A stretch of 64,000 bases of DNA, taken from positions 813-64,812 of the forward strand of contig JAATFL010000002.1 of NCBI GenBank assembly GCA_015655215.1. Reading direction: 5' to 3'. The DNA is from Coriobacteriia bacterium. GTDB lineage: Bacteria; Actinomycetota; Coriobacteriia; Coriobacteriales; RUG033. Below the pieces are notes generated by a model. That model saw nothing but the letters and a program-made list of their open reading frames with translations. It did not search any database and was not told the origin of the DNA. The translations under genes and the position numbers were made by a program. Every line of letters starts with the position of its first letter. The stretch's first letter is position 1. Below, in pieces: positions 48,836-58,411 of the stretch.

Positions 48836-50559
48836 ATCTCACGATCGATGGTCGAAAGGTGCAGGTCCCGGAGCATACGACCATACTCGATGCGGCGAGG
48901 ACCGTCGGCATCGCCATCCCCACCCTCTGTTATCTCGCGGGCATCAACGACATAGGTGCCTGCCGCGTGTGCGTGGTCGAGGTCGAGGGTGTCGACCAGC
49001 TCGTCGCCTCGTGCAACAACGAGGTGGCCTCGGGCATGGCCGTCCTCACCAACAGCCCCAAGGTGCGCAGCGCCCGCCGCACCAACGTGGAGCTGCTCCT
49101 CTCCCAGCACGACGTCGAGTGCACCACCTGCGTGCGCAGCGGAAACTGCTCCCTGCAGACCGTCTCGAACGACCTCGGCCTCACCAAGGTCCCGTACCGC
49201 AAGGATCTCGTCACGGCCTCGTGGAACGAGGACTTCCCGCTCGTTCGCGATGCGAACAAGTGCATCAAGTGCCTCCGCTGCATCCAGGTGTGCGAGAAGG
49301 TGCAGGCGACGGGCGTATGGGATATCACGAATCGCGCGAGTCGGGCCAACGTGGGCGTCGTGGGTGGCATCCCCATCGAACAGTCGGATTGCGCGCTGTG
49401 CGGCCAGTGCATCACGCACTGTCCCGTGGGGGCGCTCACCGAGCGCGATGACACCGACAGGGCGTTCGAGGCGCTGGCCGACCCGGACAGGATCTGCGTG
49501 GTGCAGATCGCCCCGGCCGTGCGCGCCGCCTGGGGTGAGAGCCTGGGACTCTCCCGCGAGCAGGCAACGGCGAAGCGGCTCGTCAGCGCATTGCGCAGGA
49601 TGGGATTCGACTACATCTTCGACACGACCTTCTCCGCCGACCTCACCATCATGGAAGAGGGCAGCGAGTTCGTCGAACGCCTCGGCCATCGCGACACCGA
49701 GACGTTCCCGATGTTCACCTCGTGCTGCCCGGGCTGGGTGCGATTCGCCAAGGCGCACTACCCTGACATGGTGGACCAGCTCTCGACGGCCAAGTCGCCA
49801 CAGCAGATGTTCGGCGCCATCGCGAAGAGCTACTACGCCGAGCTCATCGGCGTCGACCCACACAGGATATTCTCCATCTCGATCATGCCCTGCGTCGCGA
49901 AGAAGCACGAGTGCGCGCTCGAGAACATGGACGATGCGGGGGGTGGCCAGGACGTCGACCTCTCCCTCACCACGCGCGAGGTCGATCGCATGATCCGTGC
50001 GGAGCACATCGATCCCGCCCTTCTCGAGGAGGAGGAGTTCGACGCCCCGCTTGGCACCGGCACCGGTGCGGCCGTCATCTTCGGCGCGACGGGCGGTGTC
50101 ATGGAGGCGGCGCTGCGCAGCGCCTACTTCCTCGTCACAGGCACGAACCCGAGCCCGGATGCGTTCGAGGAGGTCCGCGGCCCCAGGGGATGGAAGGAGA
50201 TCACCTTCCATCTCGGCGAGACCCCGCTGCGCGTGGCGGTCGCAAGCGGTCTGGGCAACGCGAAGCACCTCATGGACGCCCTCGCGTCCGGTGAGGTCAC
50301 CTACGATTTCGTCGAGATCATGGCATGCCCAGGCGGTTGCTCGGGTGGCGGCGGCCAGCCCATCCTCGACGGCAGCGAGCTCGCCGGCGAGCGCGGCCGG
50401 GTGCTCTACGGTCTCGATGAGGCCGATGTCCTGCGCTTCTCTCATGAGAACCCCTCGGTGATCGCCTGCTATGAGAACTACCTCGGTGCACCCCTCTCCG
50501 AGAAGGCCCACCACCTTCTCCATTCCGACCACCATGCCTGGAGCATGCCCCATGCATGA
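48829..50559 (+). CDS. hydA: [FeFe]-hydrogenase catalytic subunit, group A (A2-type by GltD-like neighbour)
   Basis: H-cluster motifs TSCCPGW, MPCVAKKHE and EIMACPGGCSGGGGQP are intact. N-terminal [2Fe-2S], His-ligated (HDVECTTC...NC) and 2x[4Fe-4S] clusters are present. Confidence 0.95.
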   Translation: MVDLTIDGRKVQVPEHTTILDAARTVGIAIPTLCYLAGINDIGACRVCVVEVEGVDQLVASCNNEVASGMAVLTNSPKVRSARRTNVELLLSQHDVECTTCVRSGNCSLQTVSNDLGLTKVPYRKDLVTASWNEDFPLVRDANKCIKCLRCIQVCEKVQATGVWDITNRASRANVGVVGGIPIEQSDCALCGQCITHCPVGALTERDDTDRAFEALADPDRICVVQIAPAVRAAWGESLGLSREQATAKRLVSALRRMGFDYIFDTTFSADLTIMEEGSEFVERLGHRDTETFPMFTSCCPGWVRFAKAHYPDMVDQLSTAKSPQQMFGAIAKSYYAELIGVDPHRIFSISIMPCVAKKHECALENMDDAGGGQDVDLSLTTREVDRMIRAEHIDPALLEEEEFDAPLGTGTGAAVIFGATGGVMEAALRSAYFLVTGTNPSPDAFEEVRGPRGWKEITFHLGETPLRVAVASGLGNAKHLMDALASGEVTYDFVEIMACPGGCSGGGGQPILDGSELAGERGRVLYGLDEADVLRFSHENPSVIACYENYLGAPLSEKAHHLLHSDHHAWSMPHA

Positions 50560-50656
50560 CAAAGACGCCCCTTGCCGGATGGCTTGCCTCGAGCGACAGG
50601 GAGGGATGGATTCCCTCGCACAGGCCGTCCGCGCCACGGGACGTGGAAAGGGCGCC

Positions 50657-51691
50657 GTGAGACGTCCGACGAGGGGCATGCATGCTGCGTCGCTCATGCT
50701 CGGGTGCATCCTTCTCGTCACGCTGCTGGCCCTCGTGGGCTGCTCGGGGCAGGCGGGGCAGTCGACGGGCGAATCCGACGCCGTCACCACCTCGACGGCC
50801 GTGCGCGTGGCGTCCCTCAAGGGTCCGACCTCGATCGGTCTCGTGGGGATGATGGACGCGGCGAATGCGGGTGAGCTTGCCAACGATTACACCTTCACGG
50901 TCTCCGGCACCGTCGATGAGATCCTGCCCGACATCATCCAGGGCAACGTCGACATCGCGCTGGTCCCCGCCAACGTCGCCGCCACGCTCTACCAGAAGAC
51001 GGACGGCGGCATCTCGGTCATCGACGTCAACACGCTCGGCGTGCTCTACGTCGTCTCTGGCGACGACTCGATCTCGTCGCTCGCCGACCTGGCGGGCAAG
51101 ACGGTGTACATGACCGGCAAGGGCACCACCCCCGAGTACGTGATGGACTATCTCCTGAGCGAGAGCGGTCTCGACGGCGAGGTGACGCTCGAGTTCAAGA
51201 GCGAGGCGTCCGAGGTCGCGGCGGCACTCGCAGCCGACCCATCGGCAATCGGGGTCCTCCCCGAGCCATACGTGACCTCGGTCGAGGCGCGCAACGCCGC
51301 CCTCAAGCCCGTCATCAGCCTCACCGACGAATGGAGCGAGTTGCAAGGCGGATCCGGCGGCCAGCTCGTGACCGGGGTGACCATCGTGCGAAACGACTAT
51401 CTCTCCGCGCATCCCGAGGCCGTCGCGGAGTTCCTCTCCGCCCATGCCGACTCCGTCGCGTACGTGAACGGCGACCCGTCCGAGGCGGCGTCGGGCGTCG
51501 TGGCAGCCGGGATCATCGACGACGAGACGGTCGCCGCCCAGGCGATTCCCCGGTGCAACGTCGTGTGCCTCACCGGCCAGGACATGGAGGATGCGCTCTC
51601 GGGTTACCTGGACGTGCTCTATCGGCAGGATCCCACGTCGGTCGGTGGCCAGCTGCCCGACTCCGCCTTCTACTATCTCGGCACATCGTAG
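50657..51691 (+). CDS. ABC transporter substrate-binding lipoprotein (NitT/TauT/SsuA-like)
   Basis: Lipobox LALVGC, VASLKGPTSIG, DIALVPAN, LAGKTV...GTTP, VLPEPYVT. Start 50657 (GTG) or 50678 (ATG). Confidence 0.88.
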   Translation: MRRPTRGMHAASLMLGCILLVTLLALVGCSGQAGQSTGESDAVTTSTAVRVASLKGPTSIGLVGMMDAANAGELANDYTFTVSGTVDEILPDIIQGNVDIALVPANVAATLYQKTDGGISVIDVNTLGVLYVVSGDDSISSLADLAGKTVYMTGKGTTPEYVMDYLLSESGLDGEVTLEFKSEASEVAAALAADPSAIGVLPEPYVTSVEARNAALKPVISLTDEWSELQGGSGGQLVTGVTIVRNDYLSAHPEAVAEFLSAHADSVAYVNGDPSEAASGVVAAGIIDDETVAAQAIPRCNVVCLTGQDMEDALSGYLDVLYRQDPTSVGGQLPDSAFYYLGTS

Positions 51692-51704
51692 GGCAGGGCG
51701 TGCG

Positions 51705-53231
51705 GTGACATCGCGACCGGGCGGGAAATGGCTGACACGACTGGGGGTCCTGGCGTTCTGGCTCGTGGTATGGCAGCTTGCCAGCCAGGTCGTCGGAAGC
51801 CAGATCCTCCTGGCAGGGCCGTGGGATACCCTCGAGGCCCTGTTCCGCGATGGCGTGACCATCGGGTTCTGGCAGGCGATATGGTTTTCCTTCCAGCGCA
51901 TCGTACTCGGGTTTCTCGGTGCCTTTTGCATAGGGGTGCTCCTGGCGATCCTGACCAGGCGCTTCGCGCTTCTCCGCACGCTGCTCGAACCGGCGGTCTC
52001 GTTCATCAAGAGCGTTCCGGTGGTGTGCATCATCGTCCTGCTGCTCATCCTGGTCGCCTCCCGCCAGGTGTCGGTCATCGCCGTCGTCCTCGTCGTGTTC
52101 CCCGCGGTGTACTTCTCGGCGTACCAGGGACTTCTGGGCATCGACCAGGGTATGGGGGAGATGCTGGGGGTCTTTGGCGTTTCCCCCGTACGTCGCATGG
52201 GCATGCTCTCCTGGCCCTCGATGCTGCCGTTCCTGCTCGCCACGAGCAAGGTGGTCGTCGGCATGGGTTGGAAGTCGGGCGTTGCCGCCGAGATCATCGG
52301 CATCCCACTCGGGTCGATCGGCGAGCGCCTGTACCTGTCGAAGATCACGCTCGAGACGGCCGAGCTGTTCTCGTGGACCTTGGTCATCGTGCTGGTGAGC
52401 ACGCTGTGCGAGAGGGTGTTCGTGGCGGCACTTGCACGCTCGGGCTCGTGGAGTCGTGCCCTTGCCATGCCCCGGTCGCGTGCGTCGAAAGGCGGGCGGG
52501 GGGACGCCGCGCGCGCAACGACCAAGGAGGAGGTCGCCACCAGGCCGGGTGCCCACATCGTTCTCGACGCGATCTCGAGGTCGTTTGACGGTCGAGAGGT
52601 GATCCAGGACTTCTCGTATGTGTTCCACCGTGGCGAGCGCTACTGTCTCAGCGGGGCATCCGGCATCGGGAAGACGACGCTCATTCGCATCATCGCGGGA
52701 TTGGACGTACCGGACGCGGGAAGCGTGAGGTTGTCGGCTGCGGTCGGTGACGGAGCCGATGGTGCTTCCGACCATGCGAGGAGACGACCACCGGTCGAGA
52801 CGAGCATGGTGTTCCAGGAGGCACGCCTCTTCGAGGACGAGGACGCCATCGACAACATCCGACTCGTCGTGGGCACGGCCATCGACCCCCAGGGTGCGAC
52901 CGCTCTCCTGAGCCAGCTGCTCCCCGTGAGCGCCCTGAGGTTACCGGCCGCACAGCTCTCAGGTGGCATGAGGCGCAGAGTCGAGCTCTGCCGTGCTCTC
53001 GCCATGCCGTCCCAGACGCTCATCCTCGATGAGCCGTTCGCCGGTCTTGACGATGCGAGCAAGGCGCGTGCCATCGCACTCATCGACACGTACCTTGGAG
53101 GGCGCACGCTCATCGTCGTGACCCATGATATCGAGGACGCCGCCGCGTTGGGTGCGACGGTGATCGACTGCGAAGGCGATGTTGGTTTTTGCCAGGCTGC
53201 TCGCCACGGTGCGGACGACGCTCAGCGGTAA
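51705..53231 (+). CDS. Fused ABC permease + ATPase (NitT/TauT-like)
   Basis: TM domain with WKSGVAAEIIG...SIG, then Walker A GASGIGKTT, VFQE, LSGGMRRR, ILDEPFAGLD and VVTHD, all in a single ORF. Confidence 0.88.
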   Translation: MTSRPGGKWLTRLGVLAFWLVVWQLASQVVGSQILLAGPWDTLEALFRDGVTIGFWQAIWFSFQRIVLGFLGAFCIGVLLAILTRRFALLRTLLEPAVSFIKSVPVVCIIVLLLILVASRQVSVIAVVLVVFPAVYFSAYQGLLGIDQGMGEMLGVFGVSPVRRMGMLSWPSMLPFLLATSKVVVGMGWKSGVAAEIIGIPLGSIGERLYLSKITLETAELFSWTLVIVLVSTLCERVFVAALARSGSWSRALAMPRSRASKGGRGDAARATTKEEVATRPGAHIVLDAISRSFDGREVIQDFSYVFHRGERYCLSGASGIGKTTLIRIIAGLDVPDAGSVRLSAAVGDGADGASDHARRRPPVETSMVFQEARLFEDEDAIDNIRLVVGTAIDPQGATALLSQLLPVSALRLPAAQLSGGMRRRVELCRALAMPSQTLILDEPFAGLDDASKARAIALIDTYLGGRTLIVVTHDIEDAAALGATVIDCEGDVGFCQAARHGADDAQR

Positions 53232-55171
53232 TGGCGTCGGACGGTTCCGGGGTGCTCGAGGCGATAGCCGCCCATCTGCTCCATGCGGGTGATGAAATCG
53301 GTGCTTGCCAGGGTTTCGAGGAGGTGCGCGACCAACTCGTCATCCCATGCATAATCGGGTATGAGCAGGTCGTATTGCTCTTCGCACACCGACACGAATC
53401 CCAAGTCGTACATCCGTGCCGCCGAGTAGATGCCCATGCCGGCGTCGGCGCTGTCCGCCTCCACCAGCGCGGCGACGGCCGTGTGCGTGAACTCCTCGCG
53501 GTCGTACCCGTAGATGTCCCGGGGATCTATGTCTTCCTGCTTGCACAGGTAGTCGCACAGGATCCGCGTTCCCGAGCCCCTCTGGCGGTTGACGTAGCGC
53601 ATGCCCGGCTTGGTGAGGCTGGAGAGGGAGGTTATCCCCTTGGGGTTCCCGGGGGCGACCATGAGCCCTTGCTGGCGGTAGACGCACTCCACCTGCCGTA
53701 CCCCTCCCTCGGGGAAGTACGTGCGCAGATAGGCCTCGTTGTAGGTACCGGTCTCCTCGTCGAGTAGATGTATGCCGCCGCAATGGTTCTCATGTCGACG
53801 CGCCGACATGATGGCTCCCATGCTGCCCACGTGGGTCGAGGCCACCGAGACCTCCGGCCAACGCTGGCGCATGAGTTCCGCCACCTCGTCGATGAGCGGG
53901 TCGTGGCTCCCGATGACCACCAGCGAGTTGTCGATGCGCGCACGTGGTCGGAGCAAGCGCACCTCCACCGCGCTGCCCGCCGCCAGCCCCTCCTCGTTCT
54001 GCGCCACGGAGACGATGCTGTCGGATTTGACGAACGAGGTGACCACGCCCGCCCCGCGGGGAAGGGGAGAGGCGATGAGGGTACCTCCCACGTTCCCAAG
54101 GCGTACCTGGATGAACTCCTCGTACTTCAGGGTGGAGATGACCTGACGCGAGAGGGTGGCTTGAGCGTACTCGTCGGGGGCACTCGTAAGCCCTGCGAGC
54201 TTCTCCATGATGGGTTTGAGCAGTTCCTGGAGCACCACGATGCCCGAGACGGGGTAGCCGGGGACGCCGATGATGGGCTTGCCTCCTGCGTGGCCGAGGA
54301 TGGTGGGTTTGCCCGGCTTGATCGCGATTCCGTGCAGGACGACGTCACCCACGGCGGAGATGGCCTGTGCGGTATAGTCATCTCGTCCAGCAGATGACCC
54401 GGCGTTGATGAGCACCACGTCGCATTCCCCAACGGCCTTGCGCAGCGCTCCTACGATGAGTCCGGGCGTGTCCTTGACGATGGGGTAGGTGACCGGCTCG
54501 CCTCCCCAGCGGCGGACCATGCCCGAGAAGATCGTCGAGTTGAACTCCATGATGTCCCCGGGCCCTGGATGCTCGGTGGGCAAGATGACCTCGTCGCCCG
54601 TGGGGATGATGGCCACCTTGGGATGGGAGAAGACCTCGATATGCGTGATACCGGCAGCCAGCATGGCACCCATGGTGGCCGGCTCGATGCGCGAGTTGGA
54701 GGGAAGCAGCATCTCCCCGGCGCAGATATCCTCTCCGATCTGACGGATGTTCTGCCACGGGGCCGCGCTCTTGAGCAACCTCACGTCGCCATCGCCGCCC
54801 CCTGATGGGTCTCGGACGGTCGTCGCACCCTCGTCTCTCAGCACGTCCTCGATCATCACGACGGCGTCGCAGCCCTCGGGGAGCGGGTCGCCCGTGTCGA
54901 CGACGACGTACTGCTCGGAGGCGAGCGTCACGGGGGTGGTCTCGGTCGCGCCATAGGTATCGCTTGCCTTGACGGCGATGCCATCCATGGCGCATGCATG
55001 GTAGTGCGGGGCGCTGATGTGTGCGTAGACGGGCACGAAGCACACTCTCCCGAGGGCATTCTCGACCGCTATGTCCTCGGTCTTGGGTTGCATCCCGTAC
55101 CGTTCAAGGCATGCCAGGTAATCATGTCGAGCCTGGTCGAGCGGTGTGTTCCTCAGGTATTCAAACGCCAT
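53222..55171 (-). CDS. moeA: MoeA fused to a C-terminal periplasmic-binding-protein-like domain
   Basis: AMDGIAV, VDTGDPLP, IIPTGDE, GSSAGRDD, IKPGKP, GVPGYPVS, then GSHD, HVGSMG, YVNRQRGSGTR. Confidence 0.92.
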   Translation of the reverse strand: MAFEYLRNTPLDQARHDYLACLERYGMQPKTEDIAVENALGRVCFVPVYAHISAPHYHACAMDGIAVKASDTYGATETTPVTLASEQYVVVDTGDPLPEGCDAVVMIEDVLRDEGATTVRDPSGGGDGDVRLLKSAAPWQNIRQIGEDICAGEMLLPSNSRIEPATMGAMLAAGITHIEVFSHPKVAIIPTGDEVILPTEHPGPGDIMEFNSTIFSGMVRRWGGEPVTYPIVKDTPGLIVGALRKAVGECDVVLINAGSSAGRDDYTAQAISAVGDVVLHGIAIKPGKPTILGHAGGKPIIGVPGYPVSGIVVLQELLKPIMEKLAGLTSAPDEYAQATLSRQVISTLKYEEFIQVRLGNVGGTLIASPLPRGAGVVTSFVKSDSIVSVAQNEEGLAAGSAVEVRLLRPRARIDNSLVVIGSHDPLIDEVAELMRQRWPEVSVASTHVGSMGAIMSARRHENHCGGIHLLDEETGTYNEAYLRTYFPEGGVRQVECVYRQQGLMVAPGNPKGITSLSSLTKPGMRYVNRQRGSGTRILCDYLCKQEDIDPRDIYGYDREEFTHTAVAALVEADSADAGMGIYSAARMYDLGFVSVCEEQYDLLIPDYAWDDELVAHLLETLASTDFITRMEQMGGYRLEHPGTVRRHYR

Positions 55172-55320
55172 GGGACCATCCCTTTCTCTGACGGGAACGG
55201 CAAGCATCGCTCCAAGCGGTCGAACCTGCTGCAACCACATCGCTCGAACGCACGTCGTGCGGCATGGCTCTTGGCTCGCCGATGCCCATGGGACCATGGT
55301 ATCCCATCTCATGGGGCGAG

Positions 55321-56553
55321 CTATCGATAGAGGGTGACCACGATCTCCTCCCCGGCCGAGACGCCCTCCTGGTCGCGCGGGATGCAGAAGTACCCATCCG
55401 TGACGGTAAGCAGGGAGATGAGTCCTGACTTGACGTGCACGGGATATGCGGCGATCGAAGAGGAGACGGCCGCGGTCGACGGCCTCTCGAGGCGTACGGC
55501 GACGTACTCGGCGCGGCCATGGTTGGAGGGGACCGCCTCTTGGAGAATGGAGGTGACGTGATGCTCTACAACCGAGGTACCCAGCATCGATGCGATGAGC
55601 GGTCTCACGAAGAGCAGGAAGACGAAGTACGCTGCGATCGGATGCCCGGGAAGGCCGATGACGGGTATCCCGCTCGCATCGCCCACGATCGTCGGTTTTC
55701 CCGGCTTCATCGCGATGCCATGGAGCAACAACTCGGCATGCTTCCCGATGACGTCGAGCGAGTTGTCGCGTATCCCCACGGAGCTTCCTCCGGAGATGAG
55801 CACGAGTTGACAGTCACCAAGGGCTTCGACGACGACGGCATCAAGCTCGTCGGGATTATCTCGCACGATGCCCAGGCAACGCGGAGAGCCTCCGGCATCT
55901 CGCACTGCTGCGGCAAGAAGTGACGAGTTCACATCGCGCATCTGCCCAAGAAGGGGCTCTTGGGATGTGGGGACGATCTCGTCTCCACTGGATATGATGC
56001 CCACCCTCACGGGCTCGCGTACCATCACGGACTCGACTCCCAGCGCCGATAGGGCTCCGATGTGATGAGGGAGCAAGGTGGTGCCCGCACTCAGCACCGT
56101 GTGGCCGATGTGGACCTCGTCGCCTCGAAAGACGACGTTGTCGCCTGGTGCGACGGGTTTGAGAACGCCCACCGTCCCATCGCCATAGGCCTCGGTCTGC
56201 TCCACCATCACGACGGCATCTGCTCCGGGTGGAAGTGCACCCCCCGTGGGGATGGCAAGGCACTCGCCAACGCCGCATGGTCGAGAGGGCATCGTGCCCA
56301 TCGCGACGGTATCCACGCAGCGTTCAAGTGCCGGGATGCTCTCGGAGCACCCGAAGGTATCCCTCGCCTGCAGTGCATAGCCATCCACGGTCGATCGGTC
56401 GAACGAGGGGACGTCCTCTCCTGCGACGATATCCTCGGCAAGCACCAGGTGCAGGGCGAGGGGAAGGGTGGAACGAGTCGTTGGGGTGCGAAGGCCATCG
56501 AACCGGGTGTCGATGACGCCGGTGGCTTCGTCGGTTGTCATGACATGCAGCAT
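55321..56553 (-). CDS. moeA: Molybdopterin metal insertase MoeA (gephyrin-like)
   Basis: PSFDRSTVDGYA, TGGALPPGADAVVMVE, ISSGDE, SGGSSVG, MKPGKPT, GLPGHP. Confidence 0.93.
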   Translation of the reverse strand: MLHVMTTDEATGVIDTRFDGLRTPTTRSTLPLALHLVLAEDIVAGEDVPSFDRSTVDGYALQARDTFGCSESIPALERCVDTVAMGTMPSRPCGVGECLAIPTGGALPPGADAVVMVEQTEAYGDGTVGVLKPVAPGDNVVFRGDEVHIGHTVLSAGTTLLPHHIGALSALGVESVMVREPVRVGIISSGDEIVPTSQEPLLGQMRDVNSSLLAAAVRDAGGSPRCLGIVRDNPDELDAVVVEALGDCQLVLISGGSSVGIRDNSLDVIGKHAELLLHGIAMKPGKPTIVGDASGIPVIGLPGHPIAAYFVFLLFVRPLIASMLGTSVVEHHVTSILQEAVPSNHGRAEYVAVRLERPSTAAVSSSIAAYPVHVKSGLISLLTVTDGYFCIPRDQEGVSAGEEIVVTLYR

Positions 56554-57199
56554 AGCATCCCTTCTCGGGTCTTCACGGGGTTGCTGCAGCAGCGTGTTCC
56601 ATAAGGGCCTAAAATATTAAGTATTATGAATTCACACCCCTGCATATACCATGCTCCTCATACCGTATCGTCATCATTGCACAGGTGGTGCGATCTCTGC
56701 AAGCGCTGGGGTCCAGGTGTTTCATGGATCGTAGGTGCGATACCATCTCGAATGTATCATAAAGATGAATATCATATGATTTAGTGTGAAAAAAAGGAAG
56801 TATCGCATCGATGGGATGTCGATACGTACGGAAGTGGATATCGCACCGAGATTGCCGTGGGCTTGGGTGGATGGGACCTCGCGCCAGTGGCCACGAGCGT
56901 GCCTGACGGCATGCACTCGAAGAAAAATCAACCTATCTGCGATACGAGAATCTGAAAACCCTGTTATCATCCCAATATGATTCTCTTTACATATCGACGT
57001 AGGGATTTGCCTGTTATGGAGGCCCTCTCTCTGATAGCATCACGTTAGCGAGAAGCGTGGAGGAGGTGGACGCGAGAATGACGCTCGGCTCGATGCCCCT
57101 ACGGGGTCGGGCTACGGAAAGTCGGCCGCTACGACATATGGGGTCATCGGCCCCCGAAGGGTGACCGATGGCAAACTCGAAGCTCGAGAAGGGACAGGA

Positions 57200-58345
57200 A
57201 TGTACAAATTCTTCATGCCCAACGTCAGCTTGATGGGACCCGGTTGTTCGAAGGCTCTACCCGATGAGATCAAGTCCCGTGGATTCACCAAGGCTCTCGT
57301 CGTCTGCGGTAAGCGTTCCGCCGCGAGCCCTGAGCTCAAGGGCATCCTCGATGCCATCGAGGCTGCGGGGATCGAGTACGCCATCTATCCTGGGTCCATC
57401 GCCAATCCCACCACCGCGGCGGTCATGACGGGTGTCAGGGTGCTCCAGGCTGAGCAGTGCGACTTCGTGATGTCCTTTGGTGGCGGGTCGCCGCACGATT
57501 GCGCGAAGGGCATCGCCCTGGTCGCTGCGAACGGTGGGGATATCACGGATTACGAGGGTGTCAACAAGTCCGCCAAGCCCATGCTCCCGCTTGTCGCCAT
57601 CAACACCACGGCTGGCACGGCATCCGAGATGACCATCTTCTGCATCATCACCGACGAGGTCCGTCACGTGAAGATGGCCATCGTCGACGAGCACGCCAAC
57701 CCCACTCTCGCCGTCAACGACCCCGAGCTCATGACGAGCATGCCCGCATCTCTCACCGCTGCGACGGGCATGGACGCTATTACGCATGCCATCGAAGCCT
57801 ATGTCTCGACCATCGCCACCCCGGTGACCGATGCCTGTGCCCAGAAGGCCATCGCACTCATCGAGGGGTATCTTCGTGCCGCCGTCGCCAATGGTGACGA
57901 CATGACCGCACGTGACCAGATGTCCTACGCCGAGTACCTGGCCGGTATGGCGTTCAACAACGCGTCTCTGGGGTACGTGCACGCCATCGCGCATCAGTTT
58001 GGTGGGTACTACAATCTACCGCACGGGGTTTGCAACGCCATCCTGCTGCCTGCCGTACAGGAGTACAACGCCATGGTCGCCGCCGATCGCCTCAAGGACG
58101 TCGCCGGTTTCATGGGTGTCGACACCACGGGCATGAGTGATGACGAGGGTGCCGCCGCCGCCATCGCCGCCATCCGCAGGCTTGCGGCTGACATCGACAT
58201 ACCCAAGGGTTTCGAGGCGCTCGGTGCCAAGCGCGAGGATTTCGATATCCTTGCCACGAATGCCCTCAAGGATGCCTGCGGTGCGACCAATCCGCGACAG
58301 GCGACCCATGCGGAGATCGTCGGGATCTTGGAGAAGGTGTTCTAG
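57200..58345 (+). CDS. Iron-containing alcohol dehydrogenase
   Basis: [41 protein letters not shown]...LPHGVCNA metal-binding His motifs. Confidence 0.95.
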   Translation: MYKFFMPNVSLMGPGCSKALPDEIKSRGFTKALVVCGKRSAASPELKGILDAIEAAGIEYAIYPGSIANPTTAAVMTGVRVLQAEQCDFVMSFGGGSPHDCAKGIALVAANGGDITDYEGVNKSAKPMLPLVAINTTAGTASEMTIFCIITDEVRHVKMAIVDEHANPTLAVNDPELMTSMPASLTAATGMDAITHAIEAYVSTIATPVTDACAQKAIALIEGYLRAAVANGDDMTARDQMSYAEYLAGMAFNNASLGYVHAIAHQFGGYYNLPHGVCNAILLPAVQEYNAMVAADRLKDVAGFMGVDTTGMSDDEGAAAAIAAIRRLAADIDIPKGFEALGAKREDFDILATNALKDACGATNPRQATHAEIVGILEKVF

Positions 58346-58354
58346 AAGGACGAT

Positions 58355-58387
58355 TCGGGGCATCCACCTTCAAGGTGTATGCCCCGA
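58355..58387. terminator. Hairpin between convergent adh and galE
   Basis: TCGGGGCAT-c-CACCTT-c-AAGGTG-t-ATGCCCCGA. Confidence 0.65.
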
Positions 58388-58411
58388 TGACGTCTTCTTT
58401 GGCGCATTCCT

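Noticed and set aside
16449-50559. Selenocysteine read-through in DmsA, AOR, NuoF-like or HydA
   Set aside because: All these ORFs are complete with family-typical C-termini. No internal TGA splits a domain.
48433-52558. Very long minus-strand ORFs (816 aa, 746 aa), and similar ones at 41044-42873, 44955-46211, 47195-48301 and 6611-7804
   Set aside because: Antisense shadows of motif-rich genes in high-GC DNA. They have no motifs of their own.
56786-56980. 64-aa ORF in the moeA/adh gap
   Set aside because: No RBS, no motif, and it lies in an AT-rich promoter-like region.
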